Below are positions 34,284-42,631 of a DNA stretch of 46,255 nucleotides, one piece after another. A program made the translations under genes and the position numbers. How positions within the stretch are numbered: the stretch's first letter is position 1; each line of letters opens with the position of its first letter. This DNA is from Actinomycetota bacterium (GTDB taxonomy: Bacteria > Actinomycetota > Thermoleophilia > Solirubrobacterales > 70-9): positions 1-46,255 of the forward strand of contig JBKPOV010000055.1 of the NCBI GenBank assembly GCA_046733315.1, written 5' to 3'. The notes beneath the pieces were generated by a model. That model was not told the origin of the DNA, made no database searches, and saw nothing but the letters and a program-made list of their open reading frames with translations.

Positions 34284-35006
34284 CTACTTTTCCGGCCGAA
34301 TGAAAAGCGCATCGACTTGCAGCAGACGGCTCGTCGTACGGTCGTTGAAGGCGGGCTCGACGTCCGCCATCACGAGGCCGTGCCGCTCGAGCTCGGCGAC
34401 CAGGTCGGCAAAGAGCGCCTGCCCCTCGTAGAGCTCGACGAGGCCCAGCTCGAGCTCGACGATGCGGCAGCGGGCCAGGGTTGAGGTCGCGCCCTCGAGC
34501 GCCGCCGCCTCGTGCCCCTGGACATCGATCTTGAGGCAGAGGCGCTGCGCGCCCGTGTTGGAACCGAGGGCAGCGTCGAGCGTCGTCACCTCGACCTCTT
34601 CGGCGGCGACGTAGGTGGAGCTCGGCTCCCCCTTCTGGTGGGCCTCGGTCATCGGCAGAACTGAGCTGCTGAAGCCGTCGTTGCCGGCGATATGCAGCGT
34701 CGTGGTGCCGGCGCTGGCCCCGAGCGCGTGGCGGCGGCACTCCCAGAGGGGGTCGCGCGCGGCGGCACGCAGCAGCCGCTCGTACATCTGCGCCTGCGGC
34801 TCGAAGGAGAGAATCGGGCCTTTGTAGCCCTCGTGCCGCAATGAGCCGGCGTACTCGCCGGCGTGGGCGCCGACATCGACGACGAGGTCGATCGACTCGG
34901 CTGCGATGCGTTCCATGCGCCGCGCCAGGTAGGTGGCGCCCGGACGGTAGCGGCGCAGTTCGAAGCCACTCTTGCGCAGGGCGCGCTTGGTCGCACGGCG
35001 GATCAT
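34284..35006 (-). CDS. FkbM-family methyltransferase
   Basis: 'DLVVDVGAHAGEYA...ILSFEPQ' and 'LKIDVQGHE' are typical of the FkbM family. Confidence 0.85.
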   Translation of the reverse strand: MIRRATKRALRKSGFELRRYRPGATYLARRMERIAAESIDLVVDVGAHAGEYAGSLRHEGYKGPILSFEPQAQMYERLLRAAARDPLWECRRHALGASAGTTTLHIAGNDGFSSSVLPMTEAHQKGEPSSTYVAAEEVEVTTLDAALGSNTGAQRLCLKIDVQGHEAAALEGATSTLARCRIVELELGLVELYEGQALFADLVAELERHGLVMADVEPAFNDRTTSRLLQVDALFIRPEK

Positions 35007-35021
35007 TGAGTGGGGTTGATA

Positions 35022-35954
35022 TCAGGAGCCGTACCGGCGGCGGCGGAGCGCCAGGGCGTCGCGCACGGAGAGCTCGCTGAGGCCGACCGCGGGCGCCTCC
35101 CGCCCGGGCAGACCGCGTCCGGCGCGCCAGCCGGCGATGCGCCCGCGCAGGCCGCTCAGGGTCCGCTCGCGGACAAGCTGGCCGGCGCAGATAGCCGCCT
35201 CGCAGAGGAGCGCGCGTGCGGCCGACGACGGCCGTCTCATGACTCCGTAGCGCCGCAGCATGTAGCCGCGGCTCCAGCCCGTTCGCCCGTACTTGGCGCT
35301 GCTGCGCGCGCCAAGGGTCTGCGAGTAGTCGTGGACCGCGCGGGCGGCGGGGGCGAGCCGACAGCTTGCGCCCGCCGTCCGCAGCCTCAGGGCCAGGTCG
35401 AGATCCTCGTAGTAGAGAAAGATCCGCTCGTCGAAGCCGCCTACGCGCTGGAATGGCTCCGCACGGATCAGCGCGGCGCCCCCGGTCGGCCCGAGCGGGT
35501 CAGGCGCATCGAAGGCCAGCTCCGCCGGCTCGCCGTTGAGGTAGTCGAAGCCCATCAGCGCCGTGTCGGCGATGACCCCGGCCGAGTCGATTCGGCCCGA
35601 GCCGTCGGGTCGCAAGAGGACGGCAGCCACCATCTGCGCTCCGTTCGCCGTCGGCTCCAGCAGGGCCTCGATGAAGGACGGCTCGCAGACCACGTCGTTG
35701 TTGAGCAGCACGATCGGGTCGCCGGGCTCGCGCTCGATCGCCAGGTTGAGGGCGCTGCCGAAGCCGATGTTCTCCTCCAGCGCGATCGCGGTCACGTCCG
35801 GGAAGCGCTGCTTCATCATCGCCACCGAGTCGTCGCTGGAGCCGTTGTCGACAACCACGACCCGGGGCATCACGGTCTGGGTCGCGAGGCTCTCGAGGGT
35901 GCGGGCAAGCCGCTCGGCGCCGTTCAGGTTGGGGATGTAGACGGTCGGTTTCAC
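35022..35954 (-). CDS. Glycosyltransferase family 2
   Basis: 'VVVVDNGSSDDS' and 'ENIGFGSALNLAI' are present (GT-A, DxD context). Confidence 0.9.
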   Translation of the reverse strand: MKPTVYIPNLNGAERLARTLESLATQTVMPRVVVVDNGSSDDSVAMMKQRFPDVTAIALEENIGFGSALNLAIEREPGDPIVLLNNDVVCEPSFIEALLEPTANGAQMVAAVLLRPDGSGRIDSAGVIADTALMGFDYLNGEPAELAFDAPDPLGPTGGAALIRAEPFQRVGGFDERIFLYYEDLDLALRLRTAGASCRLAPAARAVHDYSQTLGARSSAKYGRTGWSRGYMLRRYGVMRRPSSAARALLCEAAICAGQLVRERTLSGLRGRIAGWRAGRGLPGREAPAVGLSELSVRDALALRRRRYGS

Positions 35955-35964
35955 CGGGATTTCC

Positions 35965-37107
35965 CTAAGCCAGGCCGACTCCGGCCCGGGCCGCCCCGGC
36001 GAAGGCCTCCGGGCTGTGCGCTTCGATGTAGCGGCGCATTCCGGCAGCGAAGCGCTCGCCGCTGCCCGCTTGGTTCAGCTCCAGGATCGCGGCCCGCAGG
36101 GCCGCGGCGTCGGTCGGGTCGACCGTCAACCCGAGCCCGTACTCGCGCACCGTGTGCCCGAGCAGCCCCTCGCTGGTGCTCACCACCGGAGTCCGCAGGG
36201 CCGCGGACTCGGCGAGGACCCCCGAGGAGCCGTAGTGGTCGAGGTAGGGAAGGACGACGCAACGTGCGGAGGCGAGGCAGGTAGCCGCCTCCGCGTCGGA
36301 GATGCGGCGCAGCATGGCGTCGACCCGAATGCCGCCGGCCCTCATCTCCTCGAGCTCGCCCTCGAGCTGCTCGCGGTACTCCGGGGCGGGAGCGCCGGCG
36401 ATCGTCACCCGCAGGCCCTCAGCGCCCTCGCCGAGGGCGCGTGCCAGCAGGCCGACGCCCTTGCGCGGCTCGAGGTAGCCGAAGAGGAGGCAGCCGTCGC
36501 GAGCTTCCGGCGAGGCCGCCGGAAGCGACGGCGGCGCATCGGGCAGCCAGACCGCCTTGCAGCCGCGCCGTTGCGACCAGCGGTCAGCGGCGCCGCGGTC
36601 CATGGTGAAGACGGCGAACGCGTCGTCGCGCCAGCGCCAGCGGGCGACGAGACGGTCCTGAAAGAGGGCGCTGAGCCGCTCCCTTGGGCCGAGCTTCGTC
36701 CGGTAGAGCGTGTGGTAGTGCGCCCGCGGCTTCATCACCAGGATCGAGTGCGGGCAGGGGAGGGGTTTCCATCCGGCCAGCCAGCGGAGCACCGGGTCGG
36801 CGTAGGTGAGGACGAAATGGTCGGCCCCGGTCTCACTGCAGGCGCGTTCGATCATTTCCAGCTCCTCGCGGGCCATCTCACGCTTGTGCAACTCCTCGCC
36901 GTCGCGCAAGTAGCGTCCCGGCCGGGCGGGTCGCGGGCGCGGATCGCCGAGCCCGTAGCGCTCGAAGGCTCGCTCGCCGACCTGCTCAAGCTCGCGGTCG
37001 GGAGCGGCGAGCACGACCTCCGCGTCGGGGGTGAGCGCCTCCGCGAAGCGGAGCATCAGGCCGGGATTGTGGCCGCCTCCGTTCCAGTCGAATATGCAGA
37101 CTCTCAT
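35965..37107 (-). CDS. GT-B fold glycosyltransferase (GT4/GT1-like)
   Basis: The C-terminal half 'PRKGVGLL...VLPYLDHYGSSGVLAESAALRTPVVSTSEG' resembles the EX7E region of GT4 enzymes. Confidence 0.8.
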   Translation of the reverse strand: MRVCIFDWNGGGHNPGLMLRFAEALTPDAEVVLAAPDRELEQVGERAFERYGLGDPRPRPARPGRYLRDGEELHKREMAREELEMIERACSETGADHFVLTYADPVLRWLAGWKPLPCPHSILVMKPRAHYHTLYRTKLGPRERLSALFQDRLVARWRWRDDAFAVFTMDRGAADRWSQRRGCKAVWLPDAPPSLPAASPEARDGCLLFGYLEPRKGVGLLARALGEGAEGLRVTIAGAPAPEYREQLEGELEEMRAGGIRVDAMLRRISDAEAATCLASARCVVLPYLDHYGSSGVLAESAALRTPVVSTSEGLLGHTVREYGLGLTVDPTDAAALRAAILELNQAGSGERFAAGMRRYIEAHSPEAFAGAARAGVGLA

Positions 37108-37136
37108 CTAGCTTGCCGCCCGCGCGCCCCGGCAGA

Positions 37137-38717
37137 CTATGTGGTCCGGCGCCGCAGCAGCGGTCGCGCCAGGCTGACGATTTTCGCCAAGTCGTCCCGG
37201 GAGAAGACGAACTCGAGGCCCAGCCAGACGAGCGAGACGACCACCAGCGAGACGATCAACCCGCCGAGGTCGTTGGAGAGGTCCAGGAACTGGGCGGCGC
37301 CGGCAGCCACGGCGGCGATCAGGCTCGTCTTTGCCACCGCAATCAGAGCCCGGCGCATCAGCGGGTGGGTGCCGATCGCGAGCACGATCGTCGCCACCAG
37401 GGTCGAGACCGTCAGCGCCAGGCCGATGCCCGCCTCCCCCATCGACGTGGTCAGTACAACGGCCAGGGCGAAGGCGACGCCGGCTTCGGCTATCGAGGCG
37501 GCCATCGGGTAGTTGGCTCTTCCCTCGGCAAGCGAGAAGCTGAGCAGCGTCGCGTTGGCGCTTGCGCTCAGCATCATGCCCAGCGAGCCGACCAGGACGA
37601 TGTCGGTGGTCGGCATCCACTCGTCGCCGAGCACGACGCCGATCAGGGCCTGAATAGCCCCGGCCACGAGGGCCAGCGGCAGCCCCGCGGCGATCGCCGT
37701 GTAGACGGCAACCTTCGCGGCCCGCGCCGGCCGCGAGGCGGCGTCGCGCGAAAGCGCCGGGAAGGAGACGCGGAAGACGGCCGAGGTGAGCGCGATCGGA
37801 AAGGAGAAGAGGCGCTTCGCCATGCCGTAGAAGCCCGCGGCGGCGGAGCCGCCGACCGCCGCCACAATGACGACGAAGCCCAGTTCGCGCGTCAGGTTCA
37901 CTCCCTGCAGCACGCTGACCCGCAGGCCGAAGGCGGCGAGCGGGCGAACCGAGCCGACGTCGATGCTGGGTCGGCGGGTAAAAGGCTGGATCGCCCAGGC
38001 CGTGATCACCCCGGCGAGTCCGCCGGCGGGAACGGCTCCGGCGAGGCTGAAGGCGCCGAGCCCGGCGATCGCCCCGATCAGGGCGAAGCCGTTGAAGGCG
38101 AGCGTGTCGGCGGTCTCGACGATCGCAACGCGGCCGAATCGCAGCTGGCGCTCCATCGCCACCATCGGCATCGCCCGGGCCGCGTAGAAGGGAATCGCCG
38201 CGCAGGAAACCGCGATCACGTCGAGGGTGCGGCTGCCCGCCCCGAGCGCCGGCGCGACCGCGAAGGCGACGAGCAGCAGCAGCCCCGCCATCGACACCGA
38301 GGTGATAAGCAGCACGCCGGCAACCGCGGACTGCAGGCGGGGCGGCGGCTCCTCTTCCATCTGGACCAGCGCCGCGGGCAAGCCCAGCTCGGCGGCGCGC
38401 TGGCCGACGAGCTGAACCGCGAGGGCGATCGCGAAGAGCCCGTAATCGGCGGGGGTGAGGATCCGGGCGAGGACGACCGTGATGCCGGCCGTGAGGAGCT
38501 GCAGTCCCAAGGTGCGGCCGACGAGCACGCCGACACCCCGCGCAGCTGTGACTCCGAGCGGCCCCGGCTGCGCGGGTTGGGCCGCCTCGAACTGCTCCGG
38601 ATCTCCTCCGGGAGTCTCTATAGGTAGCCCGCCGGCGCCTGGATGTTGAAGATCTTCAACAGCGGACCGCCCGGCTCCTCCGGGATCACCTCGAAGACCG
38701 ACGGAGCGCCGAGCCAC
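37137..38717 (-). CDS. wzx: Wzx-type oligosaccharide flippase (polysaccharide biosynthesis protein, MOP superfamily)
   Basis: 'LLTAGITVVLARILTPADYGLFAIA' is an N-terminal signature and about 12-14 TM segments are present. The start is uncertain. GTG 38717 overlaps the upstream gene by 100 nt; the alternative is GTG 38528. Confidence 0.8.
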   Translation of the reverse strand: MARRSVGLRGDPGGAGRSAVEDLQHPGAGGLPIETPGGDPEQFEAAQPAQPGPLGVTAARGVGVLVGRTLGLQLLTAGITVVLARILTPADYGLFAIALAVQLVGQRAAELGLPAALVQMEEEPPPRLQSAVAGVLLITSVSMAGLLLLVAFAVAPALGAGSRTLDVIAVSCAAIPFYAARAMPMVAMERQLRFGRVAIVETADTLAFNGFALIGAIAGLGAFSLAGAVPAGGLAGVITAWAIQPFTRRPSIDVGSVRPLAAFGLRVSVLQGVNLTRELGFVVIVAAVGGSAAAGFYGMAKRLFSFPIALTSAVFRVSFPALSRDAASRPARAAKVAVYTAIAAGLPLALVAGAIQALIGVVLGDEWMPTTDIVLVGSLGMMLSASANATLLSFSLAEGRANYPMAASIAEAGVAFALAVVLTTSMGEAGIGLALTVSTLVATIVLAIGTHPLMRRALIAVAKTSLIAAVAAGAAQFLDLSNDLGGLIVSLVVVSLVWLGLEFVFSRDDLAKIVSLARPLLRRRTT

Positions 38718-40867
38718 GAGCCCTGAAGGAGGACGCGGCTCACCGGCAGGTCGCCGGGCTCATCGATGTCACGCTGGTAGGCGAATCCCTCGTAGGTGTC
38801 CTCACCGGCCAGGACCTTCAGGTTGGTGTGCTCCCGGCCCGGGTCGCGCTCGAACAGGATGATGTCTGGCCGCGGGGTGACTTCGCGCCCTGCGGCATCG
38901 GCCTTGCCGGCAAGTTCGCCAACCTCCAGCGACCAGCGGTTCGGCCGCAGCCCGCGCAGGGGAAGGTAGGTCCCATAGGCCTGCTCCTGGAAGCCGGACT
39001 CGCCCGAGAGGATGCTAAGGCGCACGCGTGTCGTTGCTGGCCCCCGGTCGACGATGAACAGATCCGAGCGGGGGGCGTCGTAGGAGGCGATCGAGAAGCT
39101 GCGATGGACGTCGGGCGGGGGCGCCTCGAGCGCCCGCCAATAGCGCCGGATCACGGCGCCGTCGTCGCTTCTTCTCACGGTTACGTAGAGGCGATGGTCT
39201 CCCTGCTGGACTTCGAAGAAGGCGGGGACGCGCAGCGGCAGCCAGTAGCCGATGTCGTAGTAGGCCTTGCCGGGCCGGGCGGAGAGCCGAAAGCGGGTCG
39301 CCGTCGTTTTGCGGGTGACGATGTCGAAGCCGTGCAGGACCGCCGCATCTCCGGAGCGGTTGATCCAGTAGACCGGGGTGTTGTCCGAGACTCGCTGGCT
39401 GTCGGTGAAGACGGTCTCGGCGGCGGCGACGGATGTGGGCAGGCGCATTGTGCGGACCAGCTGGAACGGTTCGGGGAGCGTGCGCTGGATGATCAGGCCG
39501 GCGACAACGAGGACGACGATTGCGGCGAGGCCAGACAGGATCGCCGCCGTCGACCCTCTTCTCCGGCCACCCTGAGGAGAGGGTTCTACGCCCGGCTCCG
39601 GGCGTTCGGGCGCTTGCGACGCCATTGCCGGTCCTGCGGCGGTCATTCGTCGGATCTTCCCCCATGCGCTGCCGACGACGCCGGGCGGCGCCTTTGGGTT
39701 CTCGACGAACGCGCCAAAGATGAGCAGCAGTGGAGCGACGATGAGCCAATCGATGTGCTGGGTCCAGAAGTTGGTGTAAAGGCCGAAGAGGGCGATGAAG
39801 AGCAGATAGGCCGAGACGAGCGACCAGCGGAACGAGCGAGTTCGCACGGCGGCCGCGTAGGCGCCGGCCGTCAGCACGCCGGTGACTGCGACGCCGGGGA
39901 CGAGCACCGCGAACCCACCGTCCGCCCAGAAGGAGCCGGCGACCGTGCTCGTCACCCAGGGGGGAGTGAGGGATTCGGAGACGCCGCTGACGCTCTTGGA
40001 GACCGAGACGAAGCGATCGAGAGCGACGGCGTCGTAGGCCCCGTGGCCGAAGGGCGAGACGGTCGGGAAGTGTTCGACTATGCCTTGCAGGGCGACGAAG
40101 TTGGTGGTCAGGGCGAGGTAGAGCGGGATCAGCGGCTTGACCAGAAATGGAAGCGGCGGTAGGAGTTCGCCGAAGAGCTCGGCCTCGAACGGAGTCGTCG
40201 GATGCTGGTAGGTGCGGAGGTAGAAGCCAAAGCAGATGGCGAGGAAGGCGATGATCCCCCCGGCCGTGAGCAGGTAAGGGCTGGGGCGGCCCCAGTAGAG
40301 CCAGCGAGCGATGATCACGACGACGATCGGGAGGACGACGTTGCCGCGGCCGGCCTGCAGGCCGAAGGCGCCGAGGGCGACGACGCAGGTGATCAGCTCA
40401 AAGCGCGACTCGGGGGAGAAGGGGTTGCGGGCTTGCGTCATCGCCACGATTACCGCCACGGTGAGCAAGTCGGTGAGCAGGATCGTCGGACCGCCCTCCG
40501 AGAAGCGGGCGGTGTCGATGCTGCCACTGAGCAGCGGAATGGTGCCGGCCAGGGCGAACTGATGAGCGATCTCGAGCAGCCCGACCGCGACGATCGCGAC
40601 CAGCGCCCGCCGGAACGTCCGCTCGGGCATGCGCGTGCCCGAGCGAGCCGATGAAAGCGCCGTCGCCATCTGTGCGATTCCCTCGCCGATCAGGCCGCCG
40701 GCGAGGAAGGCGAGCGGAACTGCCACCACCACCGCCACCATCACCGTTGACCAGGAGCTCTGGATGTGGAGAATGTGGAACTGCGCGAGCAGCGCGGTCA
40801 GGCTCCAGACGAGTGGGAAGACCAGCAGGGGGGAGAGGACCGAGGCGTTGAGCCGACGCAGGGTCAT
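38618..40867 (-). CDS. Wzy-like polytopic membrane protein fused to a roughly 290-aa C-terminal extracytoplasmic repeat domain
   Basis: The N-terminal ~410 aa are multi-TM. A Pro/Arg linker and one further TM ('ILSGLAAIVVLVVAGLII') follow, then a soluble domain with internal repeats. ATG 40867 overlaps the upstream GT2 stop (ATGA). Confidence 0.7.
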   Translation of the reverse strand: MTLRRLNASVLSPLLVFPLVWSLTALLAQFHILHIQSSWSTVMVAVVVAVPLAFLAGGLIGEGIAQMATALSSARSGTRMPERTFRRALVAIVAVGLLEIAHQFALAGTIPLLSGSIDTARFSEGGPTILLTDLLTVAVIVAMTQARNPFSPESRFELITCVVALGAFGLQAGRGNVVLPIVVVIIARWLYWGRPSPYLLTAGGIIAFLAICFGFYLRTYQHPTTPFEAELFGELLPPLPFLVKPLIPLYLALTTNFVALQGIVEHFPTVSPFGHGAYDAVALDRFVSVSKSVSGVSESLTPPWVTSTVAGSFWADGGFAVLVPGVAVTGVLTAGAYAAAVRTRSFRWSLVSAYLLFIALFGLYTNFWTQHIDWLIVAPLLLIFGAFVENPKAPPGVVGSAWGKIRRMTAAGPAMASQAPERPEPGVEPSPQGGRRRGSTAAILSGLAAIVVLVVAGLIIQRTLPEPFQLVRTMRLPTSVAAAETVFTDSQRVSDNTPVYWINRSGDAAVLHGFDIVTRKTTATRFRLSARPGKAYYDIGYWLPLRVPAFFEVQQGDHRLYVTVRRSDDGAVIRRYWRALEAPPPDVHRSFSIASYDAPRSDLFIVDRGPATTRVRLSILSGESGFQEQAYGTYLPLRGLRPNRWSLEVGELAGKADAAGREVTPRPDIILFERDPGREHTNLKVLAGEDTYEGFAYQRDIDEPGDLPVSRVLLQGSWLGAPSVFEVIPEEPGGPLLKIFNIQAPAGYL

Positions 40868-41781
40868 CGCGTCTCGACTGGCGACTGGCGGTAGCCGCGA
40901 GCGTAGGCGGCGCGGGTCATCGCCAACCAAATGCCTTCGCGCATGCGGATCGGAAGCGGCAGGCGCGCGAGCGTGCCGAGAAGCGGGGTAGCGGCTCGAA
41001 CCACCGTCCAGGCGAGGCCTCGCGGCGGTTGAACTGCCGGATGGGGTCGCTCCGGCCGCAGGCGGTTGTAGAGGGCGGCCGAGCGGCCAACCGCTATCGA
41101 GCGGTTGATCGACTGCGAGGGCGTGGTCGGGTGGTCGTGGAGGACAAGCAACTCAGGGTGGTAGTCGAGTTGCAGACCGGCCTCGGAAAGACGGACGCCA
41201 AGCTCAGTGTCCTCGACCGCCGCAGTGGGGAAGCGCACGTCGAAGCCGCCGGCCCGGTTGAAGAGAGAGCGCTTGACCGAGACATGGGAGCTGTAGAAGT
41301 AGCTCGCGGCGTCGACCGGGCCGGCGTTGATGTCGCAGTAGTGGAATTGCGGCCCGCCGTTCTCGAGCCAGCGCATGAAGGGAGTGATCTCGTTTCGCGG
41401 GCTCCAGGTGATCCGCCCGAGCACGCCGTAGGAATCCTCCGGTCGGGCCCGGTGAAGGTCGAGATGAGTGCGCAGAAGCTCGGGGCCGTCCGGCTCGGTG
41501 TCGTCGCCGAGAAAGAGGACGATGTCGCCGCTGGCCGCCGCCACGCCGGCGTTGCGCGCGGCGGCCGGGCCCCCGTTGGGCTCTTCGAGGAGGCGGATCG
41601 GAATCGTCGCCCCCGCCACCCGCTGCCGAACCTGCTCGACCGTGCCGTCGCTCGAGCCGTTGTCGATCACGACTGCCTCCAGCACGTCGTCGCCGACCCG
41701 CTGTGCCTCCAGCGCGTCGAGCGTCCGCGCCAACGCCTCGGCGCGGTCCTTGGTTGGTATGACGACGGAGAGGGAGTTCAT
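40864..41781 (-). CDS. Glycosyltransferase family 2
   Basis: 'LSVVIPTKDRAEAL', 'VVIDNGSSDGT' and 'LFLGDDTEP' are present. Confidence 0.9.
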   Translation of the reverse strand: MNSLSVVIPTKDRAEALARTLDALEAQRVGDDVLEAVVIDNGSSDGTVEQVRQRVAGATIPIRLLEEPNGGPAAARNAGVAAASGDIVLFLGDDTEPDGPELLRTHLDLHRARPEDSYGVLGRITWSPRNEITPFMRWLENGGPQFHYCDINAGPVDAASYFYSSHVSVKRSLFNRAGGFDVRFPTAAVEDTELGVRLSEAGLQLDYHPELLVLHDHPTTPSQSINRSIAVGRSAALYNRLRPERPHPAVQPPRGLAWTVVRAATPLLGTLARLPLPIRMREGIWLAMTRAAYARGYRQSPVETR

Positions 41782-42602
41782 CTGGCGCCGCCCGCTCTAA
41801 GGCGCCGTGAGAGCCTAAGTAGCGGAGCGGCTATTGGCGCGGCTCGGGGTTGGTGGAGGCGAATGTAGCGCTCTACTGAGCGCAGGCGGATGGCCTGCTG
41901 TTCCTGCCGATCGATCTGGACGAATGCCTCAGCTCCCACGTGCCCGACGTGTGCCGACCCGGCGATGAGGTTGCGGTAGCCCGCGTCGTGCAGGCGCTTA
42001 GCGAGGTCCACGTCCTCGTACCAGAGGAAGAAGCCCTCGTCGAAACCACCCATCTCTTCCCAGACCTCGCGGGTGACAAGGAAGCAGGCGCCTGACGGCT
42101 GCCCGACGTCGGTCACAGCGCCGGGTCCCGGGCTCGGCTGGGGCCGCTCGCCGAATGATCCGGCGAAGATCCGCGCCAGCATTGTCGCCGTGCTTGGCAG
42201 GGCAGCGTGGTAACGGTCGGTGTCGCCGCCGAAGACCGGGCCGACCATCCCCACCTTTGACTCGCGCCTCGCCACCCCGGCGAGCTCCGCGAGCGCCCCC
42301 GGCTCGGGCAGTACGTCGGCATTGCTGACGCAGATCAGCTTGTTGTTGCCGGCTCGCAGCGCCCGATTGGCGGCCCGGCCGTAGCCCAGGTTCTCCTCGC
42401 TCAGATCGAGCCGCACGTCCGCCGGACAGCCCTTGCGCAGCAGCTCGCGCTGCTCGGAACGCGAGTCGTTGTCGATGATTGCGACGCTCACCTCGACGCC
42501 CTCCGAGGCCAGATAGGCCCGCGCCGCGGCCAGCGCCGCCGCGGCCGTGTTCCAGTTGACGATCGCCACGTCGATTGCGGGCAGGGGGGCGTCCGGGCTC
42601 AT
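41778..42602 (-). CDS. Glycosyltransferase family 2 (rhamnosyltransferase-like)
   Basis: 'VAIVNWNT', 'AIIDNDS', 'NLGYGRAANRAL' and 'VSNADV' are present. It is divergent from rmlA. Confidence 0.9.
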   Translation of the reverse strand: MSPDAPLPAIDVAIVNWNTAAAALAAARAYLASEGVEVSVAIIDNDSRSEQRELLRKGCPADVRLDLSEENLGYGRAANRALRAGNNKLICVSNADVLPEPGALAELAGVARRESKVGMVGPVFGGDTDRYHAALPSTATMLARIFAGSFGERPQPSPGPGAVTDVGQPSGACFLVTREVWEEMGGFDEGFFLWYEDVDLAKRLHDAGYRNLIAGSAHVGHVGAEAFVQIDRQEQQAIRLRSVERYIRLHQPRAAPIAAPLLRLSRRLRAGGAR

Positions 42603-42617
42603 CGTCGGCGCGACGAT
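42601..42617. promoter_or_regulatory. 7-3-7 palindrome ATCGTCG-gcg-CGACGAT in the 29-nt divergent GT2/rmlA intergenic region
   Basis: Read directly from the sequence. It overlaps the first codon of the minus-strand GT2 gene. Confidence 0.3.
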
Positions 42618-42631
42618 AGCCTTCCCGCGAC

